Assembly (NCBI GenBank): GCA_963749705.1
Contig: CAVVNQ010000015.1
Location: forward strand, 32,001-96,000
Length of the DNA: 64,000 nucleotides
Origin: an uncultured Chloroflexia bacterium
Lineage (GTDB): Bacteria > Chloroflexota > Limnocylindria > Limnocylindrales > CSP1-4
Reading direction: 5' to 3'
Shown: positions 37,506-46,745 of the stretch, piece by piece
Layout: each line of letters starts with the position of its first letter
Position numbering within the stretch: the stretch's first letter is position 1
Translations under genes and position numbers: made by a program
The notes under the pieces: generated by a model
Told to the model about the DNA's origin: nothing
The model's input: the letters and a program-made list of their open reading frames with translations, nothing else
Database searches by the model: none

Positions 37506-37760
37506 TGCCATCTACCGCGCGGTGCGGTGCAAGCGCGGAGGAATGGTCAGGCACCGCGAGACCCGGTGATAGTCACGGTTCTGCCACCTCTCGCGGGTCA
37601 TCGGACGTCGGCCCGAGCGAAGCCACGTTCGGCGATTCGGTCCACCCGCCGGTCGAACGCGGATTTCCGGTCAAGACTTGGACTACCACCGGCGACCGCG
37701 GTGCCTGACAACCGATTCGCCGATTCGCAGCGATAGCACCGCGATGCGCGGTATGTGGCA
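37506..37760. repeat. Family-2 REP-like element copy B (four 30-bp units)
   Basis: Units at 37506-37535 and 37545-37574, inverted at 37681-37710 and 37731-37760; flanked by a 24-bp x2 repeat (~37457-37506) and a 14-bp x3 repeat (~37770-37817). Confidence 0.78.
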
Positions 37761-37870
37761 GCGGCGGGCGCCGATGACCGGACGCCGAATGACCGGACGC
37801 CGATGACCGGACGCCGACCACGAGGGCGGCAATCCGACGAGGAACGCGCGGCGCCGTCAGGCTTGCGTCC

Positions 37871-38671
37871 TCAGGCGCGCTTGCGCACCTTCCAGATCTC
37901 CTCGCACGGCCACTGTCGGGCCCACGCGTAGGGCATCCAGGGATAGCGCGTCGTCGCGCCCTCGGGGATCTGTGGCTCGACGAGGTCCTCGATCTCGAAG
38001 CCGCTGGCAGTCAGGAGCCGGATCCAGTCGCCGTGGCTGGGATGGAACTCGATCGCGCCGTTTGCGTCCGGCCACTCGGTCCGGCCCATCCCGAACATCG
38101 GGCGCACCAGGCGCTCCGTGACGGGCTCGTCCTCGAGGTCCGGGCTGCACAGGTAGGCCAGCACGTGATTGGTCAGGAACGACAGCCGGCCGCCGGGCCG
38201 CAGCAGCCGCGCGGCCTCCGGGACCCACGCCGCAGGATCCGCCCACAGGGCCGCGCCGTACTCGCTGATCGCGAAGTCGAACGACGCGTCGGGGTAGGGG
38301 ACTCGCTCCGCGTTGCCCAGCAGCAGCGGGAAGTCGATGCCGTGCTCCCGCTGGAGCCGGACCGCGGTCTCGAGCTGGCGTGGCGAGTTGTCGATGCCCA
38401 CCACGCGGGCGCCGCGCCGGGCCATCCAGGCGGAGACGTACGCGGTTCCGCAGCCCAGCTCGATGGCGTCCGTGCCGGCAAGGTCGTCGGGCAGCATGCG
38501 AGCCGACGACTCCGGGACGCCGTAGATGCCCCACGTCTCGTCGCCCGGCGCGATGGCCCAGGCCCGCTCTCCGGACGCGACGTACTCGGCCGCGTAGCCG
38601 TCCCACGCGGCCCGGTTCGCCGCGACGTGATCCGGCAGATCGCCATCGTCACCGGCGCCGGACGCGCTCAC
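37871..38671 (-). CDS. Class I SAM-dependent methyltransferase
   Basis: IELGCGTA, GIDNS, SFDFAISEYGA, LRPGG. Confidence 0.9.
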   Translation of the reverse strand: MSASGAGDDGDLPDHVAANRAAWDGYAAEYVASGERAWAIAPGDETWGIYGVPESSARMLPDDLAGTDAIELGCGTAYVSAWMARRGARVVGIDNSPRQLETAVRLQREHGIDFPLLLGNAERVPYPDASFDFAISEYGAALWADPAAWVPEAARLLRPGGRLSFLTNHVLAYLCSPDLEDEPVTERLVRPMFGMGRTEWPDANGAIEFHPSHGDWIRLLTASGFEIEDLVEPQIPEGATTRYPWMPYAWARQWPCEEIWKVRKRA

Positions 38672-39579
38672 CGCTCGCCGAGGTGCTTCGCCCTGGCGGC
38701 CAGCAGGATCTCGATCGTCCGCTCCGCCGCCGGACGCAGGTCCACCTGGACGTGCCCGACACCCAGGTCGCGCCATGCATCGAGCGCTCGCGCGACCTCG
38801 TCCACGTCCGGCGCGAGCGAATCGGCGGATCCTGGTCGGCCCCCGGCGGCGCGTTCCGAATCCAGGGTCACGCCCACCGTGACCTCGAGCGTCGCCGGGT
38901 CGCGACCCACGGCCTCGCACGCCGCGACGAGGTCCGCGCGACGCTCGTGGAAGCGATCGGTCGGGAAGCCGAACCAGGCCGCATTCCACGCGTCGGCGTG
39001 GCGGGCGGTGAGCCGCAGGACACGCTCTCCCCTCGCCGCGATCAGGATCGGGATCCGCCCCGGCAGCCGCGCCGGCCGCGGCGGCGGCGGGATCAGGACC
39101 GCGTCATCGACAGCGTGCCAGCGACCGTGGAACGTCACCCGCTCGCCACGCAGCAGCGGCAGGATGATCTGGAGCGCCTCGTCGAACCGGCCCGCGCGGT
39201 GGTCGAACGGGTAGCCGAACGCGGTGTACTCGGGCTCGTGCCATCCCGTGCCGAGGCCGAGGATCAGCCGGCCCGCCGCGACCTCGTCGAGGGTGGCGGC
39301 CATCTTGGCCAGCAAGGCCGGCGGGCGGAACCCCGTCCCCAGGACGATCGTGCCCAGCTCGGCCCGTTCGGTCGACGCGGCGAGCGCGGCGAGCAGCGTC
39401 CACGCCTCGTGGATCCCGTCCTCATCCTCGCCCGGCATCCGGAAGATGAAGTGGTCATAGACCCACAGGCTGTCGATTCCGCCCGTCTCTGCGAACCTCG
39501 CCAGGTGGCGAATCCGCGGCCAGCCGACGGCGCCAGGGCCGTCGGAATCGTTCATGGGGAGCACGATTCCGATCTTCAT
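38668..39579 (-). CDS. LLM-class flavin-dependent oxidoreductase
   Basis: DSLWVYDH, EAWTLLAALAA, RPPALLAKMAATLD, GLGTGWHEPE. Confidence 0.92.
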   Translation of the reverse strand: MKIGIVLPMNDSDGPGAVGWPRIRHLARFAETGGIDSLWVYDHFIFRMPGEDEDGIHEAWTLLAALAASTERAELGTIVLGTGFRPPALLAKMAATLDEVAAGRLILGLGTGWHEPEYTAFGYPFDHRAGRFDEALQIILPLLRGERVTFHGRWHAVDDAVLIPPPPRPARLPGRIPILIAARGERVLRLTARHADAWNAAWFGFPTDRFHERRADLVAACEAVGRDPATLEVTVGVTLDSERAAGGRPGSADSLAPDVDEVARALDAWRDLGVGHVQVDLRPAAERTIEILLAARAKHLGER

Positions 39580-39833
39580 CGAGCCATGGTACGGCGCGAG
39601 GCGGGCGAAGGAGTGCGGTGGTTGCGGGTCCGGTGATCTTGACGCGCCACCGATGCTTGGAACTGCCGACGCCCGCTCGGACTCGGGCGCTGCGGCATCG
39701 ATGTGACCGGGGCCGGGTTCTCGATGAGGCCCAACGGCGCATCGAACGCAATCCGACGGCCGGCGGTGACGCCGGTCGTCGCGATTCCCGACAATAGCGT
39801 CGCTGCCCGCGTCCGGGCGCTCGAAGGGGATCG

Positions 39834-40721
39834 ATGACGCTCCAGCTCCAGCTCCCGCGCCGCAGCCCGCAGCTCGTGGCCGGCATCGTCGTGGCGGTGC
39901 TGTTCTGGGTTGCGGTCATCGCGCTGTCGGACCCCGCGATCGACGTCAGCGAGCCGTTCTCTGGCCGGGTTGTCACGGCCCAGGACGCCCGCTCCTACTA
40001 CGGGTTCAACCTTGGTGACCTGTACGCGGGCCGGACCGAATGGAACACCATCGGCGCCTACCCGTACTCGCCCGCCTTCGCCCAGCTGGTGTACCCGCTC
40101 GACCTGCTGCCGTGGCCGGCGTTCGTCGGTGTCTGGACGGCGATCCTGATCGGGGCGGTGTTCGTGCTCACGGGTCCCGAGCTGTTCCTGTTCGGGTTGG
40201 TCGTGGGCGCCATGGAGATCGCCGGCGGCAACGTGTCGCTGGTCCTGGCCGTGGCGATGGTGGCCGGGTTCCGCTGGCCGTGGACCTGGGCGCTGATCCT
40301 GCTGACGAAGATCACCCCGGGCGTCGGGCTGCTGTGGTTCCTGCTCCGGCGCGAGTGGCGGCAGCTCGCGATCGCATTGGGAGCGACGGCGGCCATCGCC
40401 CTCGGATCCGCCGCGCTGATGCCCGATGCGTGGCGCGACTGGGTCTCGCTGCTCGCCTCGAACACGGGCAAGGGAGGGACGTGGGCGGCGGTGCCGATCC
40501 CGCTGCTCGTGCGGGGGCCGATCGGCGTGCTGCTCATCGTCTGGGGCGCGCCGCGCAACCAGCGCTGGGTGGTGCCGGTCGGCGCGATGCTCGCACTCCC
40601 GGCGCTGTGGTACGGATCGCTGTCGATCCTGCTGGCCGTGATCCCGCTCACGACGCCGGCCGAGCGGGAGCGAGCCCGGCAGCGGGTGCGGCGATTCGGT
40701 CGCGCGCCGATTCCCGCCTAG
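39834..40721 (+). CDS. Glycosyltransferase family 87 (DUF2029)-like membrane protein
   Basis: YPYSPAFA, GNVS, KITPG, RREWR; polytopic. Confidence 0.75.
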   Translation: MTLQLQLPRRSPQLVAGIVVAVLFWVAVIALSDPAIDVSEPFSGRVVTAQDARSYYGFNLGDLYAGRTEWNTIGAYPYSPAFAQLVYPLDLLPWPAFVGVWTAILIGAVFVLTGPELFLFGLVVGAMEIAGGNVSLVLAVAMVAGFRWPWTWALILLTKITPGVGLLWFLLRREWRQLAIALGATAAIALGSAALMPDAWRDWVSLLASNTGKGGTWAAVPIPLLVRGPIGVLLIVWGAPRNQRWVVPVGAMLALPALWYGSLSILLAVIPLTTPAERERARQRVRRFGRAPIPA

Positions 40722-41923
40722 GAGCCCAGGACGCTCCGCAGCGCGTCGGCGAACGGCTCGAGGTTCGCCTGGGTGAACCCGGCGACGTTGATCCGGCCGC
40801 GACCGACCACGTACACCCCGTGCTCCTCGCGCAGGCGCGCGACCTGGTCCGTGGTCAGCCCCAGCAGCGCGAACATCCCGCGCTGGGTTGCGATGCCACC
40901 CCAGTCGCCCGGGATCGAGCGGGCCTCGAGCGCCGCGACCAGCGCCCTCCGGTTGTCCTTGATCCGGTCTCGCATCCCGGCAAGCTCGACCTCCCAGCGC
41001 GCGCGCAGCTCGGGGTCGGCGAGCACCGTCCGCACGATGTCCGCCCCGTGCGCGGGTGGGTTCGAGTAGTTGACCCGGATCGCGATCCTCACGTGGCTCT
41101 GGACCGCCGCCGCGTCCTCCGCCGACCGGGCGATGACGACCATCGCGCCGACCCGCTCCGCATACAGCGAGAACGTCTTGGAGAACGAGGTCGACACGAG
41201 CAGCTCGGCGCCGGGTCGAACCAGCTCACGGAGCCCGGCGGCGTCCTCGGTCAGGCCGTCGCCGAACCCCTGGTAGGCAAGGTCGACGAGCGGCAGCAGG
41301 CGGTTGGCCTCGATCACGTCGCCGATCCTGCGCCACAGCCCGGGGGAGGGATCGACGCCGGTCGGGTTGTGGCAGGCGCCGTGGAGCAGCACGATGTCGC
41401 CCGGCGCCGCCTGGCCGAGCGCGTCGAGCAGCGCAGCCTCGTCGATCCGCCGTCCGGTCTGGTCGGTGTACGGGTAGGTGCGGATCCGGAACCCCGCCGC
41501 ATGGAACAGCTGGGGGTGGTTGGGCCACGTGGGCTCGCTCATCCACAGCGTGCCCCCGGCACCGGTCTGGCGCAGCAGGTCGGCTGCCACGCGGAGGCCG
41601 CCCGTCCCGCCGGGGGTCTGGGTGACGAGGGCTCGCCCGGACGTGACGGCCTCGTGATCCGCCCCCAGGACGAGGTCGCGAACGATGGAGCGGTAGGCCG
41701 CATCGCCGTCGATCGGCCGGTACAGCTTGCTGCCCGCGGCCGTGGCCAGCCGCCGTTCCGCCTCGATCACGGTGTCCAGGACCGGGGTCGTGCCGGTCGC
41801 ATCGACGAACACGCCGGACGAGAGGTTGATCTTCGCCTCGCGCGGGTCTGCGCGGTACGCCTCGGCAAGGCCGAGGATCGGATCCGGCGGGGCGGGAGTG
41901 CGGGCGAGCGACGGCAGCGACAC
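40718..41923 (-). CDS. aspC: Aspartate/aromatic amino-acid aminotransferase
   Basis: [47 protein letters not shown]. Confidence 0.9.
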   Translation of the reverse strand: MSLPSLARTPAPPDPILGLAEAYRADPREAKINLSSGVFVDATGTTPVLDTVIEAERRLATAAGSKLYRPIDGDAAYRSIVRDLVLGADHEAVTSGRALVTQTPGGTGGLRVAADLLRQTGAGGTLWMSEPTWPNHPQLFHAAGFRIRTYPYTDQTGRRIDEAALLDALGQAAPGDIVLLHGACHNPTGVDPSPGLWRRIGDVIEANRLLPLVDLAYQGFGDGLTEDAAGLRELVRPGAELLVSTSFSKTFSLYAERVGAMVVIARSAEDAAAVQSHVRIAIRVNYSNPPAHGADIVRTVLADPELRARWEVELAGMRDRIKDNRRALVAALEARSIPGDWGGIATQRGMFALLGLTTDQVARLREEHGVYVVGRGRINVAGFTQANLEPFADALRSVLGS

Positions 41924-42095
41924 GATGGACCTCGATCGGTTCAGGCGGTTCAGGGGCGCCGGCACCGACGATACACGCCCGAACGGGTTGCGGGCCGGTA
42001 GCGAGGGGGTCTGCCGCCCGAGCGCGCACCCGCTGCCGCGGCCGCGGGCAGGGTCAGCCCGGCGCCGACCGCGTCCGGCGGGCATCGCCCCTTCG

Positions 42096-42962
42096 TCAGC
42101 AGCAGCCGTCGGTCACCACCGGCAGCGCGCGCGCCGAGCGCAGCGAGGCCGGGATCCCCCGGATGGCCGCGCCCATGGCGACCTCGCCCACCGCGGGCCG
42201 GCGCGCCCGGATGATCGCCGCGTACATGCCATCGGCGACCGCGTGCGTGGCGGCGATCTCGACATCGGTCAGGCCGGCGCGCTCGAGGCCGGTCGCGTAC
42301 TCGCTGAACGACAGAGCACCGGCGATACAGCCCGCGAACGAGCCGCGCGCCTCACGTTCGGTCTCGGTCAGGCGGTCGTCGGCCACCACGTCGCTGACGC
42401 CCACCCGGCCGCCGGGGCGAAGCACCCGTGCGATCTCGGCGAACACCGCCGACTTGTCGGCCGCGAGGTTGATCACGCAGTTGCTGATCACGACGTCCAC
42501 GCTGGCGTCGGCCAGCGGCAGCGATTCGATCGTCCCCTGGAGGAACTCGACGTTGGTCGAGTCCGCTGCCGCGGCATTGCGACGGGCGAGCTCGAGCATC
42601 TCGTCGGTCATGTCGACGCCGATGGCGCGGCCGGTCGGCCCGACCCGCTGCGCGGACAGCAGGACGTCGATCCCGCCGCCCGACCCGAGATCGAGGACGG
42701 TCTCACCGGGCCGCAGATCGGCCACGGCGGCGGGGTTGCCGCAGCCCAGCGACGCGAGGACCGCCGGTCCCGGCAGGGCGGCGAGATCCAGGGGCGCGTA
42801 GCGGCCGGCGCCCCAGCGGCCGGAATCCTGGGTCAGGGTCACGGCCGCATCGCCGCATTCGCAGCCCGAGGCGCAGCACGCGTCGTCGGTCGACGCATCC
42901 AGCACCTCGCGGGCGGCGGCGGCGTAGTGGTCTCGGACGGTGGCGTGGATCTGCTCGGTCAT
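42096..42962 (-). CDS. arsM: Arsenite methyltransferase
   Basis: [31 protein letters not shown]; N- and C-terminal CC pairs. Confidence 0.92.
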   Translation of the reverse strand: MTEQIHATVRDHYAAAAREVLDASTDDACCASGCECGDAAVTLTQDSGRWGAGRYAPLDLAALPGPAVLASLGCGNPAAVADLRPGETVLDLGSGGGIDVLLSAQRVGPTGRAIGVDMTDEMLELARRNAAAADSTNVEFLQGTIESLPLADASVDVVISNCVINLAADKSAVFAEIARVLRPGGRVGVSDVVADDRLTETEREARGSFAGCIAGALSFSEYATGLERAGLTDVEIAATHAVADGMYAAIIRARRPAVGEVAMGAAIRGIPASLRSARALPVVTDGCC

Positions 42963-43022
42963 GGGTGTCCTCGGCAGGGGATCGATCGCGGGGGGAATGG
43001 AGATGGGGCCGCGGGTCGCCGG

Positions 43023-43202
43023 TCAGCAGGCGACCGGCTGGCGGTGACCGCCGCGGACGGCGTCGACGAACAGCCGGACCGTGCTCGGTCCGTCCTTGGC
43101 TCGGCATCGCCGTGACAGCTCGGCGGTCCGGGACTGCCGGCTCCGTGCGGCTTCGGTGAGGATCTCGCGCTGGCGCGCGATGGCGTAGGTTGCGTCGTAC
43201 AT
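43023..43202 (-). CDS. 59-aa hypothetical protein upstream of arsM
   Basis: AAGGAG RBS; MYDATYAIARQREILTEAARSR. Confidence 0.55.
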   Translation of the reverse strand: MYDATYAIARQREILTEAARSRQSRTAELSRRCRAKDGPSTVRLFVDAVRGGHRQPVAC

Positions 43203-43246
43203 CGTGGTCCTGGTGCTCCTTGCGAGGCTGTCGCCATCGGTCGTGG

Positions 43247-43284
43247 TATTTATACTTGTCAATATAGATGGTTGTCAATAGGCT
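43247..43284. promoter_or_regulatory. Divergent AT-rich promoter/operator of the ars module
   Basis: TATTTATACTTGTCAATATAGATGGTTGTCAATA with two TTGTCAATA copies; TAGGCT-N7-ATG of arsR. Confidence 0.7.
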
Positions 43285-43291
43285 TGTCCAC

Positions 43292-43672
43292 ATGAAGCGC
43301 GCAACCGACCCGGACATCCGCCTGCTCCAGGCGGCCGCCGATCCGACCCGGCTCTCGATCCTCCGCCAGCTGCGCACCGCGGACTCCGTGTGCGCCTGCG
43401 ATTTCACGGCGTGCTGCGACGTGGCCCAGCCGACCGTCTCGCACCACCTCAAGGTGCTGCGCGAGGCAGGGTGGGTGACCAGCGAGCGGCGCGGCAGCTG
43501 GGTCTACTACTCGCTCAACCCCGAGGCGTCGGAGCGGTTCGGCGCGCTGGCCCGCGATGTTGCGCCTGCAGACGGCGGTCGGGCACCCGCGGACGGCGGC
43601 GAGCCACCGTCGATCCCGGCTGGCGGACCGTCCGGCCGGGCACGGCCATTGCGCGTGCTCGAGCGCGCCTAG
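43292..43672 (+). CDS. arsR: ArsR/SmtB metalloregulator
   Basis: ADPTRL.IL, VCACD, QPTVSHHLKVLREAG, RGSWVYY. Confidence 0.92.
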   Translation: MKRATDPDIRLLQAAADPTRLSILRQLRTADSVCACDFTACCDVAQPTVSHHLKVLREAGWVTSERRGSWVYYSLNPEASERFGALARDVAPADGGRAPADGGEPPSIPAGGPSGRARPLRVLERA

Positions 43673-43753
43673 CGGGCTTCCGCCCGCGCCCCGGCGCGGC
43701 GCCCCGGCGCCGCCGCTGCACGCGAGTTGACGACCTGCCCGAGAATGGCGCCC

Positions 43754-44020
43754 ATGCCCGACATCCACCCGCTCCCGACCCCCGACATCGTCACCGTGTA
43801 CGGGGCCGACTGGTGCGCGGACTGCCGGCGGGCCAAGCGGTATCTCGAAGCGACGCAGATCCCGTACCGGTGGATCGACGTCGACGCGGATCCGTCGGCG
43901 CAGGCGCTGGTCGATGCCGCGGGCTACCGCGCGATCCCGGTCGTCGTCACGCCCACCGGCCAGGTGCTCATCGAGCCGTCCAACGACGAGCTCGCGAACG
44001 TGGTCGGGTCCGCCGCGTAG
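43754..44020 (+). CDS. Glutaredoxin/mycoredoxin (Mrx1/NrdH-like)
   Basis: VYGADWCADCRRAKRYL, IPVV, LIEPSN. Confidence 0.85.
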   Translation: MPDIHPLPTPDIVTVYGADWCADCRRAKRYLEATQIPYRWIDVDADPSAQALVDAAGYRAIPVVVTPTGQVLIEPSNDELANVVGSAA

Positions 44021-44192
44021 GACACGATCGGGCGACAGACCACCCGGGGGGGACCTCGATCACCGTCCCGGAGCGCGCCGGTTGGGAGCGTGCGGCCCAC
44101 CGGACGACGGCCCGATGCTGGCCCTGATTGGCCCTCGACGCGTACACTCGTTCTGGCCGAAGGCCTTGCCGGCCCGGCAGAACGAGGTGTAC

Positions 44193-44444
44193 GTGACAAA
44201 GCGATCGAGGCGTGAGCGCGAGCAGCGCGCTCGTGAGACGGGACGGGTCAAGGAGATCGAGGCCGCGTGGTCGGCGAGCGTGCCGGCGGACGTCGCCAAG
44301 GCATTCGCGGCCTCCGTGGCAGCTGCCAAGGAGCGGGGACCGCTCCCGCCGCAACCCGACATGGCGCCCGGCACCGCACCCAACCCTCCGCGCCGCGAAC
44401 CGCGGCCGGTGAAGGTTGAAGAGCGTCCGAGGAGAGGCCGCTAG
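44193..44444 (+). CDS. Small basic hypothetical protein
   Basis: GAGGT RBS before GTG; stop abuts the next start. Confidence 0.6.
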   Translation: MTKRSRREREQRARETGRVKEIEAAWSASVPADVAKAFAASVAAAKERGPLPPQPDMAPGTAPNPPRREPRPVKVEERPRRGR

Positions 44445-44750
44445 GTGGGGGCGAAGAAGCGGCGGGTGTTCATCCCGCCCAAGCGGACGCCGCCGAGGGT
44501 GCAACCCGGAGGCGAGAACGGTGGCCGGCCGGCGGCGCTGTCCATCAACCTCACGGCGCTCGAAGGTCGCTCCGGCCTCGCCGTTGGCGACCGCGTCCGG
44601 ATCCTCGGTTCAGGGCTGTATGCGGGCGAGGTCGCCACGATCGAGCGGATCGCCGGTGGCGTCGTTCCGGCGGCCGCGGTCAGGACCGAAGCGGGCCGCA
44701 CACGCACGGTTCGCACCATCGACCTGGAGCCCATCGGCGCCAACGCCTGA
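44445..44750 (+). CDS. Small KOW-motif protein
   Basis: LAVGDRVRILGSGLYAGEVATIERI; basic N-terminus. Confidence 0.65.
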   Translation: MGAKKRRVFIPPKRTPPRVQPGGENGGRPAALSINLTALEGRSGLAVGDRVRILGSGLYAGEVATIERIAGGVVPAAAVRTEAGRTRTVRTIDLEPIGANA

Positions 44751-44848
44751 CGTCATCGGCGGGGTGAATGCCCCGGAACCGTGACGGACCGGTCGCCCCG
44801 GTCACGATGATCGAGGCCGGCGGTTGCGCCGTCCTGCCGGGGCGCGCG

Positions 44849-45208
44849 CTATTCGATCAATTCCTCGTCCAGCCGGACCAGCAGCGCGTAGGCGTCGTCG
44901 CCCAGGAACGCGCGAGCGGCGGCCTCGGTCTCGGATGCCGCCGCCTCGCCCTCCGCGTCCTCGGCCTCCACGTCGCCCCCGGCAAGGACGCTGAGCACGC
45001 GCGACGGGCCGGGCTCCACGGCCCACTCGTCGCCCGTGTCGGGGTCGACATCGAAGAACGTCACCGATTCGATCTCGTAGGTCGCGCCGTCCGGACGCGT
45101 GAGCGTGCACGCCCACGCGCCATCCTCATCATCGGCCGCGCGGATGGTGAGGGACAGGCCGAGCGAGCGGAACAGCTCGCCCAGCGAGTCGGGGGTCGCC
45201 GATGTCAT
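44849..45208 (-). CDS. Small acidic hypothetical protein
   Basis: GAGGT RBS, GC3-biased codons. Confidence 0.6.
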   Translation of the reverse strand: MTSATPDSLGELFRSLGLSLTIRAADDEDGAWACTLTRPDGATYEIESVTFFDVDPDTGDEWAVEPGPSRVLSVLAGGDVEAEDAEGEAAASETEAAARAFLGDDAYALLVRLDEELIE

Positions 45209-45310
45209 GAACGTCACCTCGGGGGGCGTGGTCGGCTGCAACCGTACTACCCGGAGGCGACGCGCGAGCGGCCACCGCACGCGGGACCGGGCTCAACTAT
45301 CCTCAGCGCC

Positions 45311-46624
45311 ATGACGCACGACACGAGGGTGGCCGTGATCGGCCTCGGATATGTCGGGCTGCCGCTCGCGATCGCGTTTGCCGAGGCCGGTCTCGATGTC
45401 GAGGGCCTCGACGTGCTGCCCGCCCGCGTGGCCGAGCTCAACGCTCGCCATTCGCCGATCGACGACATCTCCGATGACCGGCTGGCCGCCGCGCTCGCCG
45501 GCAGGCTGCGGGCCGTCGGTCTCGATGACGCGCGGATCGGCGACGCCGACGCGGTGTTCGTGTGCGTCCCGACCCCGATCACCGGCACCAAGGATCCCGA
45601 TCTCGGGCCGGTGCTCGCGGCAGCAGCCGTCATCCGCGGGTCGCTGCGCAGCGGCCAGCTGATCGTGCTCCAGTCGACGACGTACCCCGGCACCACCAAC
45701 GGACCGTTTCGTGCCGTGCTCGAGGAGAGCGGCCTCGTCGCGGGCCGCGACTTCGACCTCGCATTCGCCCCCGAGCGCGTCAACCCGGGCGACCCGGCCA
45801 GCTCCGCGCGGGATGTGCCCCGGCTGGTGGGCGGGCTGACACCCTCGGCAACCGCGCGCGCCGCCGCGCTCCTGCGCCACGTCAACGACCGGGTCGTCGA
45901 GCTGTCATCGCCGGACGCCGCCGAGATGGCCAAGCTGCTGGAGAACACGTTCCGCAACGTCAACATCGCATTCGTCAACAACCTCGCCCTCCTGGCCGAG
46001 CGCATGGGCCTCGACATCTGGGAGGTCATCGACGCGGCTGCGACCAAGCCGTTCGGGTTCATGCGCTTCACGCCCGGCCCGGGCGTCGGCGGCCACTGCA
46101 TCCCCGTCGATCCCTACTACCTCTCGTGGCGCGCCCGCGAGTTCGACTTCACCGACCGGTTCATCGAGCTCGCCGGCGACATCAACCTCGCGATGCCACG
46201 GCACGTCGTCGAGCTGGCGGCCGAGGCGCTCAACGATCGAGGGCTGGCGCTCAAGGGCGCCAAGGTCGGGGTGCTCGGCGTGGCGTTCAAGCCGGACGTC
46301 CACGACGATCGCAACTCGCCGGCCGCGGCGGTCCTCGCCGGGCTCGCTGCCCGGGGTGCCGATGTCAGGTTCCACGACCCGCATGTCGGCCAGTTCGGCG
46401 ATGAGGACGGGGTCGTGCGGCAGAGCACGCCGCTCGACGCGCTGCTCGCCTGGGCCGACGTGATCGTCATCGTCACGGCCCACCGAGCCATCGACTGGGA
46501 CGTGGTGTTCGACCGCGCGGACCTGGTGCTCGACACGGTCAACCGCTCGGCGGGCCGGGTCACGCGTGAACGGCAGGTGCTCAGGCTGGGTGCCGGCTGG
46601 CTGGCCCCGGCGATCCCCGGCTGA
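45311..46624 (+). CDS. Nucleotide-sugar dehydrogenase (WbpA/WecC family)
   Basis: IGLGYVGLP, CVPTP, STTYPGTT, PERVNPG, KLLENTFRNVNIA, GGHCIPVDP. Confidence 0.93.
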   Translation: MTHDTRVAVIGLGYVGLPLAIAFAEAGLDVEGLDVLPARVAELNARHSPIDDISDDRLAAALAGRLRAVGLDDARIGDADAVFVCVPTPITGTKDPDLGPVLAAAAVIRGSLRSGQLIVLQSTTYPGTTNGPFRAVLEESGLVAGRDFDLAFAPERVNPGDPASSARDVPRLVGGLTPSATARAAALLRHVNDRVVELSSPDAAEMAKLLENTFRNVNIAFVNNLALLAERMGLDIWEVIDAAATKPFGFMRFTPGPGVGGHCIPVDPYYLSWRAREFDFTDRFIELAGDINLAMPRHVVELAAEALNDRGLALKGAKVGVLGVAFKPDVHDDRNSPAAAVLAGLAARGADVRFHDPHVGQFGDEDGVVRQSTPLDALLAWADVIVIVTAHRAIDWDVVFDRADLVLDTVNRSAGRVTRERQVLRLGAGWLAPAIPG

Positions 46625-46745
46625 CGGGACCTTCGCGACCGGGGGCCGGCCCGGAGGGCGGGCCGATGCTCCGCGACCCGCGCGCCGCAACGACCACGCG
46701 CCGCAACGACCACGCGCCCGACCCGGCGGTCGATACCATGCCCAC

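Noticed and set aside
39600-39810. Possible decayed inverted-repeat element (also 28420-28580)
   Set aside because: Arm similarity too weak to support by eye.
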